Positions 34,896-47,800 of a DNA stretch of 64,000 nt are shown here, piece by piece (position 1 is the first letter of the stretch; each line of letters begins with the position of its first letter). Under the pieces are notes generated by a model that did no database searches, was not told the origin of the DNA, and saw only the letters and a program-made list of their open reading frames with translations. The stretch comes from Pavona decussata (lineage: Eukaryota). Location of the stretch: positions 3,906,001-3,970,000 of the forward strand of contig CDRNST010000123.1 in NCBI GenBank assembly GCA_977016875.1, in the 5' to 3' direction. The translations under genes were made by a program, and so were the position numbers.

Positions 34896-35768
34896 ATGCT
34901 CTCCGTACCCCCGAGCAAAACGCTTACCACCCTGCATAGGTTTACAGCTTGGTCTGCGTTCATAGCCTACTTTGTCAATGGTCTCCTTGGTGTAGCCTTT
35001 CCAACGATCCTCAACTTTGCTATGTTCAACATGAAACTCAGCGGTCGTGAAAACGACTATGTGCGCATCATTTGTGCTCAACTGGTTGTAATCGGTTTCT
35101 TGTACGTGGTGACAGCGCGGTCGCACCCCAAGGCCGACGGAAACGGAGCAATTTTAGGAACTGTGCCTGAAAGATTGTTTTTTGTCTCGGCAGTCTTGAT
35201 ATGGTTGTATCAACAGTCACTGATTCCTATTCTCTTCGCCGCTGCGTTCACGGTACTCGATTCTACGTTGGCCGTAGGTACGTTCATAATCTGGTTCCGT
35301 GGTACACCCGGAGCGTCCCCGATGAAAGGCCTGAGAGAAATAGCAGATATCATGTTCCCAGTCCTCAAGCCTATGCAAAAATGGTCCTCGAAATGCACGC
35401 AAATCGTTGGGTACTTTCAAATAGTGATTTCGCTCACCCTCTTGTTCAAACCCGAGATTGCACGCGATGTCTTGTGTCTGGACGCGGTCGGAAGCTTCTC
35501 CGAGGGATTGATAGCATTGATTTTCTTGTCAAATGTTGTCATAAGCTGGCTTCAGATCCTCGGAGGCGGAGATGGCAATGAGTCGTCGCCTATAGCAGCG
35601 GTGTTTTACCGCCTTGTCTGGAATGTGCCTTTGGTTGCAATTATGTATTACTTTGGCCGCATCGAACAAGGGTTCGCTGTAGCGATGGGTACATCAGATT
35701 TGATCGGCGCATTTGTTATCTTGATACCCCTTTGTATAGAATCGTTGTCTTCTAAAACGAAAAATTAG
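34896..35768 (+). CDS. Intronless uncharacterised polytopic membrane protein (about 8 TM, two internal repeats), 290 aa
   Basis: Long open ORF with AAAACCATG start, upstream TATAAAT, and alternating hydrophobic helices. Both halves share P after TM1, xRL in TM3 and a D in TM4. Confidence 0.8.
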   Translation: MLSVPPSKTLTTLHRFTAWSAFIAYFVNGLLGVAFPTILNFAMFNMKLSGRENDYVRIICAQLVVIGFLYVVTARSHPKADGNGAILGTVPERLFFVSAVLIWLYQQSLIPILFAAAFTVLDSTLAVGTFIIWFRGTPGASPMKGLREIADIMFPVLKPMQKWSSKCTQIVGYFQIVISLTLLFKPEIARDVLCLDAVGSFSEGLIALIFLSNVVISWLQILGGGDGNESSPIAAVFYRLVWNVPLVAIMYYFGRIEQGFAVAMGTSDLIGAFVILIPLCIESLSSKTKN

Positions 35769-36342
35769 CATCAGTCAAACTGTATTATCCAGGTTTTCCA
35801 AAACCAACGCAGCATGATTTTTAACAGAAGAACAAGCACACCTTAAGGAATGGAAGACGTTCAGTGAACAATTTTTTGAACACATTTTTAGCGCCCTTGT
35901 TTTTGAAATGAATTTTTCTCACTTTTGTAAAGCGCCTTAGATTTTTTAGATTTTGGCGCTATATAAGTTGTCATTGTAATTGTGGTTAATGCACAGCGCA
36001 ATTTTCCATAAGCTTCCCACAGCGAACGATGTGTGAAAAATAACTACAGAAAATCCTAACCGTATATTAATTAGTACAGATCAAGAAACCTAAACCAGAC
36101 CTAACTCTTATTAGTCAAATAAACCTAGGACTAACAAATTAAAAAAAAAATTACTGATTACAAATTTAAAAAAAAAAAATTACTGAGTTTACCATCGTGT
36201 TGGTTTCGACTAACACTCAAAGGTCGACTTTTGGAAATTCTACCAACCAGAAGCATGCAATTCGCTGTTCTGCAGTCATATATATGACACATATACTACA
36301 TTTGGTCGTTCGGCCCAGTCCTCACCCTTACGCCATTGTTGA

Positions 36343-36503
36343 CAAACTCGTACCCAGAGTCCTCAGGCTCTTTGGCCAGCGGTTTGTCGCCAGGAGAGCC
36401 CTTACGGGGCAGCCGATAAAAAAAATTATAATTTAATTCTCCAGAGTCTCTCCTGGCGCCCACCCGCTGACCAAAAAGCCCGAGGACTCTGGGTGCGAGA
36501 TTG
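36343..36503. mobile_element. Foldback MITE with 9-bp TSD (Mutator-like)
   Basis: CAAACTCGTACCCAGAGTCCTC...GAGGACTCTGGGTGCGAGATTG; flanks CATTGTTGA / CATTGTTGG. Confidence 0.8.
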
Positions 36504-38074
36504 CATTGTTGGATGACAATAATAATCAGGAACTCTATGAAGGCTGATACAAATCTGTCAAGGACAAGCACTATTTGGCTAGCTGTTTTTGTTAAAACAC
36601 TTTATATATCAACCATTTTACATTGTTTGAATCAAGAAGAGAGTGCCACTCTCTTGTGTCAATTACGGCATTCCCCTCGCTGGTGAGGGAGACTCCCATG
36701 TTTGGCCTTTTACGAGGGCGCCATCGTGCCGCTGGTTGTTGCTGCGACTTTAACGGTGGTCTTTTGTAAAAGCTAGCGTGTGCGTTTGGCCAACTGGGGG
36801 ATTTCAGTTTGTACTTAAACCCGGACTTAAACCATCAAATTAATGAAAATTTTCATACATGCATGTTGCACTGACTTTGAGCATAGTTAATTGAGGGAAT
36901 GGTCATGAAACCTTACCATGAAAACAATATGGTTCTGCAAGTGTTGGAAGAGCCGCGACCGTGCACAATCCTTTGTTATAACGTTCACTACAGCTGAATA
37001 TTTTAACAGGAACGTTTCTATTGGTCAGTTTCTCGAACACATTTCAAAATCTATTGTGGTTTGTGCACGGTCAAGGCCAAAAATGTTAACAAAAACCTAT
37101 AACACTAAAAGAAGTTTGTCAGGTTTCATAACCATTGCCTTTTATAACCATGCTTTGAGCAAACCAGTGTTTCGCAAGTTAGGTTTCAGTTTTCACCCCC
37201 CTTGTTAATAAATATTCGTTGAAAACTAAGGTGACCTCAATTCCTGACCGTGAACCCCTCAACGGTAGCATTCTCACAAGATAAGGCCGTGGATGATCAA
37301 ACCTTTTATCCAAAACTGACTGGGGCGCTCGACGATAATCTGGGAAAGGGGCCCCCAAAAGGTGCCAAAGTCTCCCTTTGTGTTTCTTTTAAAACCTTCT
37401 GGCTTGTTTTTCTTTTTTCGTTACTTATTTGTTTATTCAAGTACCTTTGCTAATATAACCTTTGTTTACTTATTTCCATGTATGTTCGCTAGCTAATATT
37501 AATTTAAATGTATCATATCTTTTGTTAAGTATGAGATCAGGTGCCTAAACTCTTTTTAACCCCATGGCTTTTCGTTGACACACCTCCACATTTTTCAAAC
37601 CCCAGTTCCTTGCATTAACATTGTTAATTAGTATGTGGAAATAAAGAAACTTGAAACTTTAAACCCTAAACTTGCTTTTAGGCAAAGAAACTTCTGGCAG
37701 TGGGCATTTTAATTTGAACACCGCCTAAGCGGTACTATACCACGAATTTGAACTCCTAAAAGATCCGTTAACTTTGCATGGGACTGAGTACCTTTGGGAA
37801 TTTGACGTGAATGTTAGCAGGCGGGAAACTAATGTTCTCACAGGCAGACGAAAACTGTGTCCAAAGGAAAAACCAAAAGTATTCACTATCTACAAAGTAA
37901 CGTAATTCTTTCTTCACTGTTTGCATGGGTTCAGTAGATGAGGCTTCGAATTTTCGTATCGGCAAGATTCGGCCACTGTCTTCTCTCGTTTTAACGCCCT
38001 TTAAAGCCGCAGGGTAGTAGAGGAAATGTGCACTGACGGTTAACAGTGTGGTTTAAAAGATGAGTCAAAGTATG

Positions 38075-38302
38075 TCATATGCTAATTATCAAAAACTGAA
38101 TCATTGGATAATGCAATTCGAGGGATTTGATTGGCTTAGCGGCCATGGTCTATGAGCCATTATACCATGGCCGAGAAATGGCGACCATTAAATTGTCTGC
38201 TGGTTATTCTTGCACAGCGAAATCAGTAAGATCTAGCAATATTTCTTGATTGTTTTTAATAAAACAATTATTCCACTTGCGCTTGTTGGATATGAGATGA
38301 TT

Positions 38303-38360
<58 letters not shown>

Positions 38361-38385
38361 GCTCGTGGAATAATTGCTAATTATT
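38075..38385. repeat. Interspersed repeat ending in a long hairpin
   Basis: AATTATTCCAC...GTTGGATATGAGATGAT...ATCATCTCATATCCAAC...GTGGAATAATT palindrome at about 38265-38376. Confidence 0.7.
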
Positions 38386-41300
38386 CCTGCAATTTAATGT
38401 TCGTGTATTGACAGTCAATTCGGCCAGTGCCAAGGGTGAAACTAAAAGGAATAAAATGCCCCTCCCCCCCTCCCCCTTGTGGCTCATTATGAGTATCGAG
38501 GTCAAAGTATAACTTGCGATAGAACGGTACTGCACTGTCATTTTTCGCCAAGGTAACCCAACCTGGATGGCGGGAAGAGACGTCGGAGACAGAAAAGTGA
38601 GACATGTAAGAAGTAGCGAAGATAAGAGTCCAAAAATGCATACATTGATCATGCAAGCCATGTTATCAGAGAGACAAAAAGATAACTGGGGGTTATAGTC
38701 CGTCTGCAGCGCAGGCTAATTTGGGACGAGAGCAGTGAAAAACGGAGGAAGCTTCTTTTACTCTCGTCGGCCCAAAAACGCACAAAATCTACTGGTTATA
38801 CTGAATTCTTTTGTAGTAGTAACATCCCCTAAATGTGACAGGATAAGCAAAATGCGTGGACAACTGTCTCAGTTCCTGACTGATTTGACCCAATGAACTG
38901 GAAAGTTATAGTCACATTCACTCCACTCAGCCCACTCAGCCTTTTCGGAGAGTGCGATATCACAATTAATTACCAAACCGACCACATGCCGGTACTGAGG
39001 GTCGAAACAGTCCGGATCCATTAACTCCCACCAGGAGCCTTAATCCTGCTTCACTTTACAGTGTAATAGTTATGAAATAACCAACAACTAGGCCGAAATT
39101 TTGTTACCATCATTTAGCTAAAAGACATAAGCCGTTTTGAAGAATTGTTAAGTGATCGCAAACGATACGTATTGCGCGAGTTCAATTCAATGGTGCAAAT
39201 TGCTGCTTCCTGCTTGGGTGTTAATTTGGCCACGAAAATTAAAAACGTGTATGCCACTATACAAATTAGTTTACATCTGAAAGAATTCCTATTTTAGGTC
39301 TTAATACTCGATCGATCATCAAAGAATAGTCGTATTGTCCTTAATTTGACACAAAGAATGAGGTCGACCACAAACAAATAAACTTTTGTTCTCTGAAATA
39401 TTTTATGATAGGAAACTCAAGCGCACTTCAATAATATAAGACGAGATAAGAGAATGTTTTCGAGATCCCGATTTCATTGATGAGCTGTCAAAGTTCGTGA
39501 AATGCGGTCCAGCCTCTCTTGCGCGTGCCTCCAGTAAAATCGGCCCCAAAATTATTAACCGGCCTGAAAGATAGAGAGATACTTACGTTTTTATTACAAA
39601 TCCATCATGTATCAGAGAAATCAGCACTTTTATTGCATGTAGCCGCTGTCCTACTTGTCCAACTTTTCCAGGTAGATTGGAAACACGATCATGAAATAGG
39701 ACCCGCAGTTTCACTGAGTGGGTTCGATCAAGCGTTCGATTGTCGGATTTGATTAAGAAAAAGAGTTGATGTGAAATCGTCTTTTGTTTTTCCAGTTAAT
39801 ATTATTTACGTGCCACTTCTTTCAAGCAAAACCGTGTCAGCTTTTATGTCGCATTGTCACAGTGGGTTTGCGGTTTTCTGTTAAAGTGGGCAGTATTAAG
39901 AATTCGAGAAAAATCAGTCAATGATAAATAACGAAAATACACAAAATTCTCTAAAACGAAAACAACATTCTCTAAAAAGGTTACTTAAGATCAAAGTTAC
40001 CTGAATCTTTTCATTATTTTTACCTCGAAACAAGTATTTTGCTGGACAGGAAAAGCTAGAATGTCTGTCAGTTATAAATTTCCTTATTTGATGCTGGTGC
40101 AAATTCTCATAACATTCCAAGCTTGCGCCGGCCAGCAGCTCGTTAACATCCCGGCGGGTGCAAAACAGTGTTAATCCGTTGTGAACTATTGCACATAATT
40201 TTTCGAGTTTTGTTCATGTTGGAACCTCTTCGACTGTCGTTTCTGTCCTTCAAGGCAAGGTGAGTACTCATTTAACCTGTTGGGTAGCGAAAAATTGATC
40301 ATTTTGCGATAAAGATTGTGTAAATATTGAGCGCGAATGAGAATTCACGATATGTACACAACGATGATATGTGTGACGAAGACTTGCTGTGTTAATAATT
40401 GAATCCACATTTCGACGTGACAGATATCTCTCATGAGGAATGGTATATCTTGGGTGGTGCCGTCTGGGAATATAAAAAGCACTGAATAAGGATTTGACTT
40501 GCCTTTGTCGTCCGTAAAGAAGAAACACGTGAATGTATTTTAACAGTTTGATACATCCGAATGGCCGGTGGAAATGAACAAGTGATCGTATAAAACCTTG
40601 GTAATTTCAAATTGGCTGTTTGAACACGTTTGAAGCTTGCATACTTTGTTTGACCAACTCGATCGTTCCCTGGATATTGTGCAGCGAAATTTACGTTTGT
40701 TTACTGAAAGCTTGAGTCCAAAAAATCAAGACCGGTGGCAAAATTTCAAGTGATCGATTATCGTATTAAATTTAACTTAATTTGTTTCTTTTGACGTTCG
40801 ACCGACCGAAGGCCGTCTTGGACTGATATCGAGTATATCGGTCTTATCGTAAATTTCTACTTTCACACAATCTTCAATACCTCAAGATTTAAAATTGTGT
40901 ATGTGGCTTTATCGCTTATAATTGTTTATTAAACAATCAAAATGAAATGTTCAAACTCCCGTTGATTTTGTTTGCTTAGCTAAGTACATTGCTTGTAATA
41001 GCTGACATTCGTACACGCATACATTAAAAAAAGCGTAAAGTTCGGAGTATATTGTACTGGATTGAAACCATAAGATAGTGTACCGACGTAGTAAAGTACT
41101 TGGGATGTTAAACGAATACAAAAAGAATTCATGACTCTCCACATTAAGAAGTAAAACGTTCTCCTTTCATACTATAAATAGGTCGTAGTTTTGAAGGTCT
41201 GCTTCATAAATCTGACCATAAAATTTGGTTGAAACTCTGATTATTGAATACTTAAACTTTGATTTGTACAGTTCTTATGCTATAATGTCTAGTTAAAAAC

Positions 41301-42330
41301 ATCTGGCTTGTTTTTGCTCGAAGCATGAATATACACACAACATCATAAATCATTCTGTAATTTATGTATTTTTACCCAACGTCAGTGCAATTCAAGTTTT
41401 GTTTGAAGATCTAATCACAGGATCTTGCCAATTCGGCCTTATTACCGAGTCATATGAAATCAAGCTTCAGTCATACACTACAGTCAAAAGTATTGCAAAC
41501 TTTTGAGGCTGTGGATGAAATCCTAAGGTCAGTGATCATTAAAATCACATCCACTAAGCAGAATATATTTGCCCCTGATAAGTCTCTTGGGAAGGTTTGA
41601 CAACGCAAGTGAGTAAATCATGGAATGTAAGTTGTGTACTTTGTTGAGATTCAGTTTTTCAACTATTTCTTGCATTTAATCTGTGTTAAAAATTTCAATG
41701 TATGTGAAAATGCAACTGTTACAAAAGGAAGTCTAACAGGGAGCTGAGGGCCGGGGATTTTGTCAATCAACTCTGACAAGAACTTAAACACCTATTAAAG
41801 TGACATAATTTATTTATAAACCTGTGGACAGGCTTATATTAATTGATTAGGGCTTGGGGCATAACCGATCTACGGCGCTTTTTAGATCGGTTTTTGTTGT
41901 TTTAGCTCAGTTTTGCTGATTTTTTCCAAGTGGTCTTCAATTTCTTCAGGAAATGTTGCCGAAATGCTTTATCCACTGCTTTGCACTTTGCTTTGTGATC
42001 TAAAAGCAGAAATGTTGCACACAATATAATCATGGGTTTTACTCTAGACAAACCACAAAAAAATGTCAAAAGATCGCAGGGTAATGTTTCCCAATGGAAT
42101 AAGGCCATTTGTGCAAACGATTGGGCAAATGTGAGCAAAAATTAAAAGTGAATTCAAAATGTTACATATGAGATGTCGAGCTTAAGAAAAGAAACAGACA
42201 TTCCCAGCCTGCATTTTCATTTCTAGGATAGGGTACGCAGGAACGTGACTGAGCAGTGAACTTTACAATGCAACTTGATCTTCCAGGTCAATCTAAGGAC
42301 AGTAGATCCTCTGACTGGTTTATTAACCAT

Positions 42331-42334
<4 letters not shown>

Positions 42335-42376
<42 letters not shown>

Positions 42377-42728
42377 TTCGAGATACTCGGGTTTCCTATG
42401 GGTGGTGCCTGCTAATACAAGAATATTTTTGCGCGGTTTAAAACTATGGGGAGAAAGCAGAACCTAGCAAACGCTTTTGGTATCTTGAAAGAAAATTGGG
42501 GGTAACCATGCATTTTTCAGAGATAATTAAGCTTCAATTTAGGAAAAAATCCCACACACTGCTTCATATTTTGGCACTTTTTAGAGATATTATTGCTTAA
42601 TTATCTCTGAAAAATGCGTGGCTACCCCCAATTTTTCGTTTTGAATTCCAATAGGCCTTCCTAAGATCTGCTTTTCCCGCATAGTCATAAACCGCACTAA
42701 CAGACTTCGATATTAGTAGGCACCATCC
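42335..42728. mobile_element. MITE with TTAA TSD (Kolobok-like)
   Basis: TTAA|GGACGGTGCCTACTA...TAGTAGGCACCATCC|TTAA. Confidence 0.85.
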
Positions 42729-43269
42729 TTAAGCCCGGATATCAACATACATGTGATTCTCCTCACTGTTCTCTGTGTATTTCTTTCAGTATTAGTTGGG
42801 AGAATTTGTTTTACAATTAAAACATTTGATCTTTGGTGATCATTTTCTTTATTCTTGCAACCTGTGGGTCTGGTATTGTAAGGAGAATTTAGATGCTGGG
42901 GCTTAAAGGGATAGATTATTTTAACCATGGCAATAAGAAGCATCTTACCCCGGTTAAATGATGCATTTATAAGAATGGCATTAATCACGTCATTGCTTTG
43001 CTACAGTTATTTCATCATTGTTGGTTGTCTCAGTGCATGGCAGATGATGGTCCCCTGCCATTTATTTATATTTATTATTTATAAAAACAATATTTATTAA
43101 AAAATGGAAGAGTAACCACAATTCACAAGCATTTAAAATGAGCCATCCTCTGGTTAAAATATTTTTATGTTAACTTATTATTTAGAACAGTAAGTTTTTG
43201 GAGTCCTGTCTGACAGAGATGTTGACAATATACTTATGAGATAGGATGGTGTTTTAAGCCTGAATTTAT

Positions 43270-43520
43270 TGTTGACATGGACATCATCCAAGACCTTAAA
43301 CCAACTTTGAACATGCAAACTGACTCCATCCCCGCTAAGCTATGTATTTTACATAATCACAGAGAAACTAAATGTCTATTATATTGTTTATTGTTTTCAC
43401 TCATATAAATTCAAACCACAAAGAAACAGCCACTTTTGCCTTGATAATGATGGAAGTAACATCAAAACGTCAGACAACATTAGTTTGAATTTTTCTACTG
43501 AGATTTTTCAGTAAATCACT
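43270..43520 (+). mobile_element. Degenerate Penelope-like 3' fragment
   Basis: Encodes IIQDLKPTLNMQTDSIPAKL, resembling [20 protein letters not shown] at the end of ORF 24817..25236; followed by a decayed hammerhead-like motif at 43438-43474. Confidence 0.65.
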
Positions 43521-44822
43521 AGACATGGACATTGCATACATTATAATGAGGCAGGATATTAAACCTACAAGCACCGAACATTGTATCTGTAGCCCAATTC
43601 TCAGATGGTCCAGGTCCCTCACGGCCACACACTGAGAAAGTGTGGCCGTGAGCGACCTGCACCATCTGAGAATCAGGGTATCGTATCTGAAGACTCCCCA
43701 GTCTTGTTCCCAGTGCCCAGTGAAATAACCCTAATCCAGCAGAGCAGGCAACAAGAACTTTCTTTCATGTATGACGTGTTTGGAATTCTTAGAGGTTATT
43801 TACAAGACACTGGGCGGGCGCAACCGGGTTCCTGTTCCCTCTTGTGGCTCTTTTCAGGCTTTCTTTTCGCAACTGCTTAAGTTGCATACTAACTACGAGG
43901 ATCTTTCATCTGTTTAACTTTTCACCCACAGTTCAATATATGATGCTTCATATATTCATATTTATTTAGTCTGGAATGGGTAGTGCATGATTGTGTAGGC
44001 AATAAACTTTACTGCACACTTTCTCAATCTTCACCCAGGTGTATAAATGTGTACCACATGCAATAATCTAGTATCTCATTTACATTTGCTTGATGCTACA
44101 GAAACTGGGTTAAACTCCATTACCATGTAAAATGTTACCCTTTTACTATGTACAATGTTACCCTAAACCTTAGTTTAACAAGTAGATGAATATTGTAGGC
44201 CTATATTGTGTTGAAACTGACTGACAGGGCCTATACAACAATCATATAGTGTCATGTAGATGTTTACGAAAATCAATATTCTTATACTTCAGCATCCAAT
44301 GAAATGCGAGAAAAGACTTGTATCGATTTCATTACATCTTCTCTAATATTGAATATTGATTTTTAACAAACCCAAAGTACAAATTAATCTAAAAATTCTC
44401 TTAACTGAAAACTGAGCTGCAAATTCTGGAAGAAAGTGCAGCCCAATAGCTTTAATTTGTTTGTGTGATTATTGAGGTACATGCTTACTTCAAATGTTAA
44501 GTTTGAACCAGTCATCTAAGATCAGAGGTTTTACGACACTGTAGAAAGGCAATGGTTATTTACTAGTCAATTATGTTTCAGCTTAAGTTTTCAAAACTGT
44601 ACATTAAAGCTGTTGTGGAGCTGAATTGTTAGCAATAGAGCTTAAGAATATTTTTTCTTCAGAAAAAAAAGCCTTATTATCATTAATTTGTTTAAGATTG
44701 CAGGATCAATCATGAAGGATTCTAAGACTAGGTGATTAAGCTCAAACCTAAAGATCTACTGCTGTTAAGTTGATTATTAAAACATCTGCTGGGATGAAGG
44801 AACCAGCCAAACTGTGTGACTA

Positions 44823-47800
44823 ATGTTCAAATTATATAAAGCAAACAAATCTGGAAAAACCTCCAAGGCAACAAATCACAGTAATGGAGACTCCCACACA
44901 TCTGACGGCACTCCACACAGGTATGTTAATAATGCTTAACTCTCACGTTTATGTTTAGAGAGAGAAGAGGGGGATAAGGAGTTACAACACCTGACAGCTG
45001 CGTAAGTGAACAGAAGGCAATCTTTATACCAGGCATCTCTAAGAGATGCCTGGTCCACTCTTCCCCTTAATTACTCCAGACCCCTTCTTCCCCCCCCCCC
45101 CCCCACCCCCCGATGATGCCTGCTACACTGTTGGCAGGCTATATCATTGCTCAGTAGCCTTACATACACTTGATTGAAGAAACATTGTCAGGGCAGATCG
45201 TATAAACCATGAATGACATCTGCAAGACCCAATGACTTTCTGGGTTCAACATTTAACCTATGAGCTTCTTTGCATTATCTTCTTGTTAAAAAATTAAAGT
45301 ATGTGCTGTTGTTAGGGCTTAAAATTAACATATTTCTTGTGGACAAATCTAAAAAATGCAACATATCCACATGCTGATTAAATCACCCCATAATTCCATC
45401 AGGTTGTTTACAATTATTCACACCTTGCATGGGACAACGTTTTTGCGATCAACTGTATACCTTGCCTCGGCCATTTACTAATAACTGCTATCTGAGGCTG
45501 CCTATAATGCCACTTGCTGTCATATGGATGTTTGCATGTAATCTCATCTAAAACATATTTATGTCACCAATCCATGAATCAGCGCCTCCACTGTACACAG
45601 TAAAAAGTTTGTAACGCTTATATTAAATATTGATTTCTATTAAAAACACAGAACTGGAAAACAAAGAGATCTAACCAATATTTTGGAAGAGAGCAGTTCA
45701 GTTGATGAACCACGGAGCTTTGAACAAGATGAGCAGTACCTGGAGGAGTGTTTGAAAGCACTTGATGGAAACCCAGATGAACTGCAGGTAAAAAAAACAG
45801 CTATGAAGTACAACAAAGACACCTGCAACCAACTAAAGTTTGCAAATAATGGGCAGGAGAACTTAAGCTGATTTCTCAGTCTCTTATAAATTTGTGGAGA
45901 GACAGTCAGGGGCACCCAACGGCAATTTTCTGTCAGATCCTTTGAAACGTTATTTTAGGCAATCTGGAGTGGCTTTAAAGCTCTATAGGTCAATTTTAGG
46001 CAGCACTATATAATATTTTTATCTGTTTGGTCATTCTAGGGGAACTGGAGTCTTTTCGAAATAAGTAGGGCATTTTTGTCCATATTTTCCCGAAAACCTT
46101 AGGTCTTATTTCCTTTCCGAAAATCTTAGCTGACCTTTTTTCAGTACCCGAAACAACATTTTTATCAATCTGAAAACACAAGGCCTTAAATTTCCCATAT
46201 CATGAAAGTTCGTGTTGAAAATTTCCTTTAGAAAATTGTAGGGGATTAAGGGCCTTCCAAACAGATAATTTACCGAAAGGATCCGTTGGGTGCCCCTGGA
46301 CAGTGTTGTACAGTGATTCCTTTTGATTACATGTGCTAGTTTGAATGTAATTCCAGAAGTTCATTTCAATCTCCTTTACAAGGCATCTGGAATGAAATGA
46401 TTGTTTGTTTATATTTACTTTGCAAAATGTTTATCTTGCAGGTGGGGGAAGGAGATTTAGAGGAGTATGATTTTGATGACTACAACTCTATTGCCAGCAC
46501 TGCGTCTCTTCTTAACATCCATGCCGAGATAACGCGAGAAGAAAAGAATTTTGCGGCAAGAAGTCATTCACAACTTTCAACCAATGACAATGCTGCATTC
46601 CAGGCATCTCAACCAAGAAGTCCAGAAACTGTTATAAATGGCACAGATAGATCCCAGGTTCACCTCAGAGAGCAACTCTTAAGAATTTCCAAGGTGCAGG
46701 CATCCATTTCAAAAGTGAGAAACTGGAGTAAACTTGGTGCAAATGCTACACTGAACAAGGATGAATGGAAGGATGTGTTACTTGAAGCTGCCCAAGAAGG
46801 GGACTTAAAAAGAATGGTAAGGTTGCCTTTTTTAAATCTTGATTAAGTTTTGCTTAGTTTTGGACAGTCAAGCACAGTTCTTAAATTACTTTGGATGCAA
46901 CATTGATTTGAATGGGCCTGCGATAGATAAAGAAACTATCTCATTGACTGATTGATTTTACTAACAGCCAACAACCAACTGACTACTGACTGACTGACTG
47001 ACTCACTCACTGACTGATGTCTTTGAATGAGTTTCTAACTGATTCATTCATCTGTCCATTCATTTATTCATTCACTCACTCAGCCAAAATTTCCTTTAAA
47101 GTATAAAAATTGGCATGAAGAACACAACTACCTAGGAGACTTGCTTTATGGGGCAATTAAATACAGTAATAGCCCACGTATAAGAACCTGAATTTTTCAA
47201 TAATTTATTTAGCCTAAATAGGTTCTTATATAAATGGTACTTAAAGCAAATTTAGGCTACCAAGGTTCTTAAAATAGGTTCTTATATATATTATAAATAT
47301 CATCTCATAATACAGTATAATGGCAAACACAATAGACATACAACATGCTACTTAAGCTTGAAAGAAAAAAAAAGTTATGTCAAGTTACTTTTAAATAGAT
47401 GATGATCTTACACTTTCACAGCAACCCTTTCTGATAAGAACCTAACTTAAAATTTTAGCCTAAATAGGTTCTTTTGTGGAGGGGGCTTAAAATGAAAATT
47501 TTAGCCTAACAGGTTCTTAAAATCCAGGTTCTTATACGTGGGCTATTACTGTACCCTGACATGTGCAAGCAGGTAAAAATTACACTCCTTTGCCCAGTGG
47601 TAAGAGACACATACATGTTCAGTAAGCTGGGTGGAACGAGTGATTTGTTCATCACTTATTTGCAATGCAAGAAGGTTAAATATAATATTCCTTTGTCCAA
47701 CAGCAAGAGGCATATGGCAAGCTGGGTGGAACAAGTGAACTGGCCATCAGAATAACAGACTCGCTTGCCAACACGGCTTTACATAAGGCTGCAGAAGCCG

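Noticed and set aside
38985-39020. Hammerhead-like GTCGAAACAGTCCGG
   Set aside because: No complete CUGANGA or UUGANAA core and no stem II upstream
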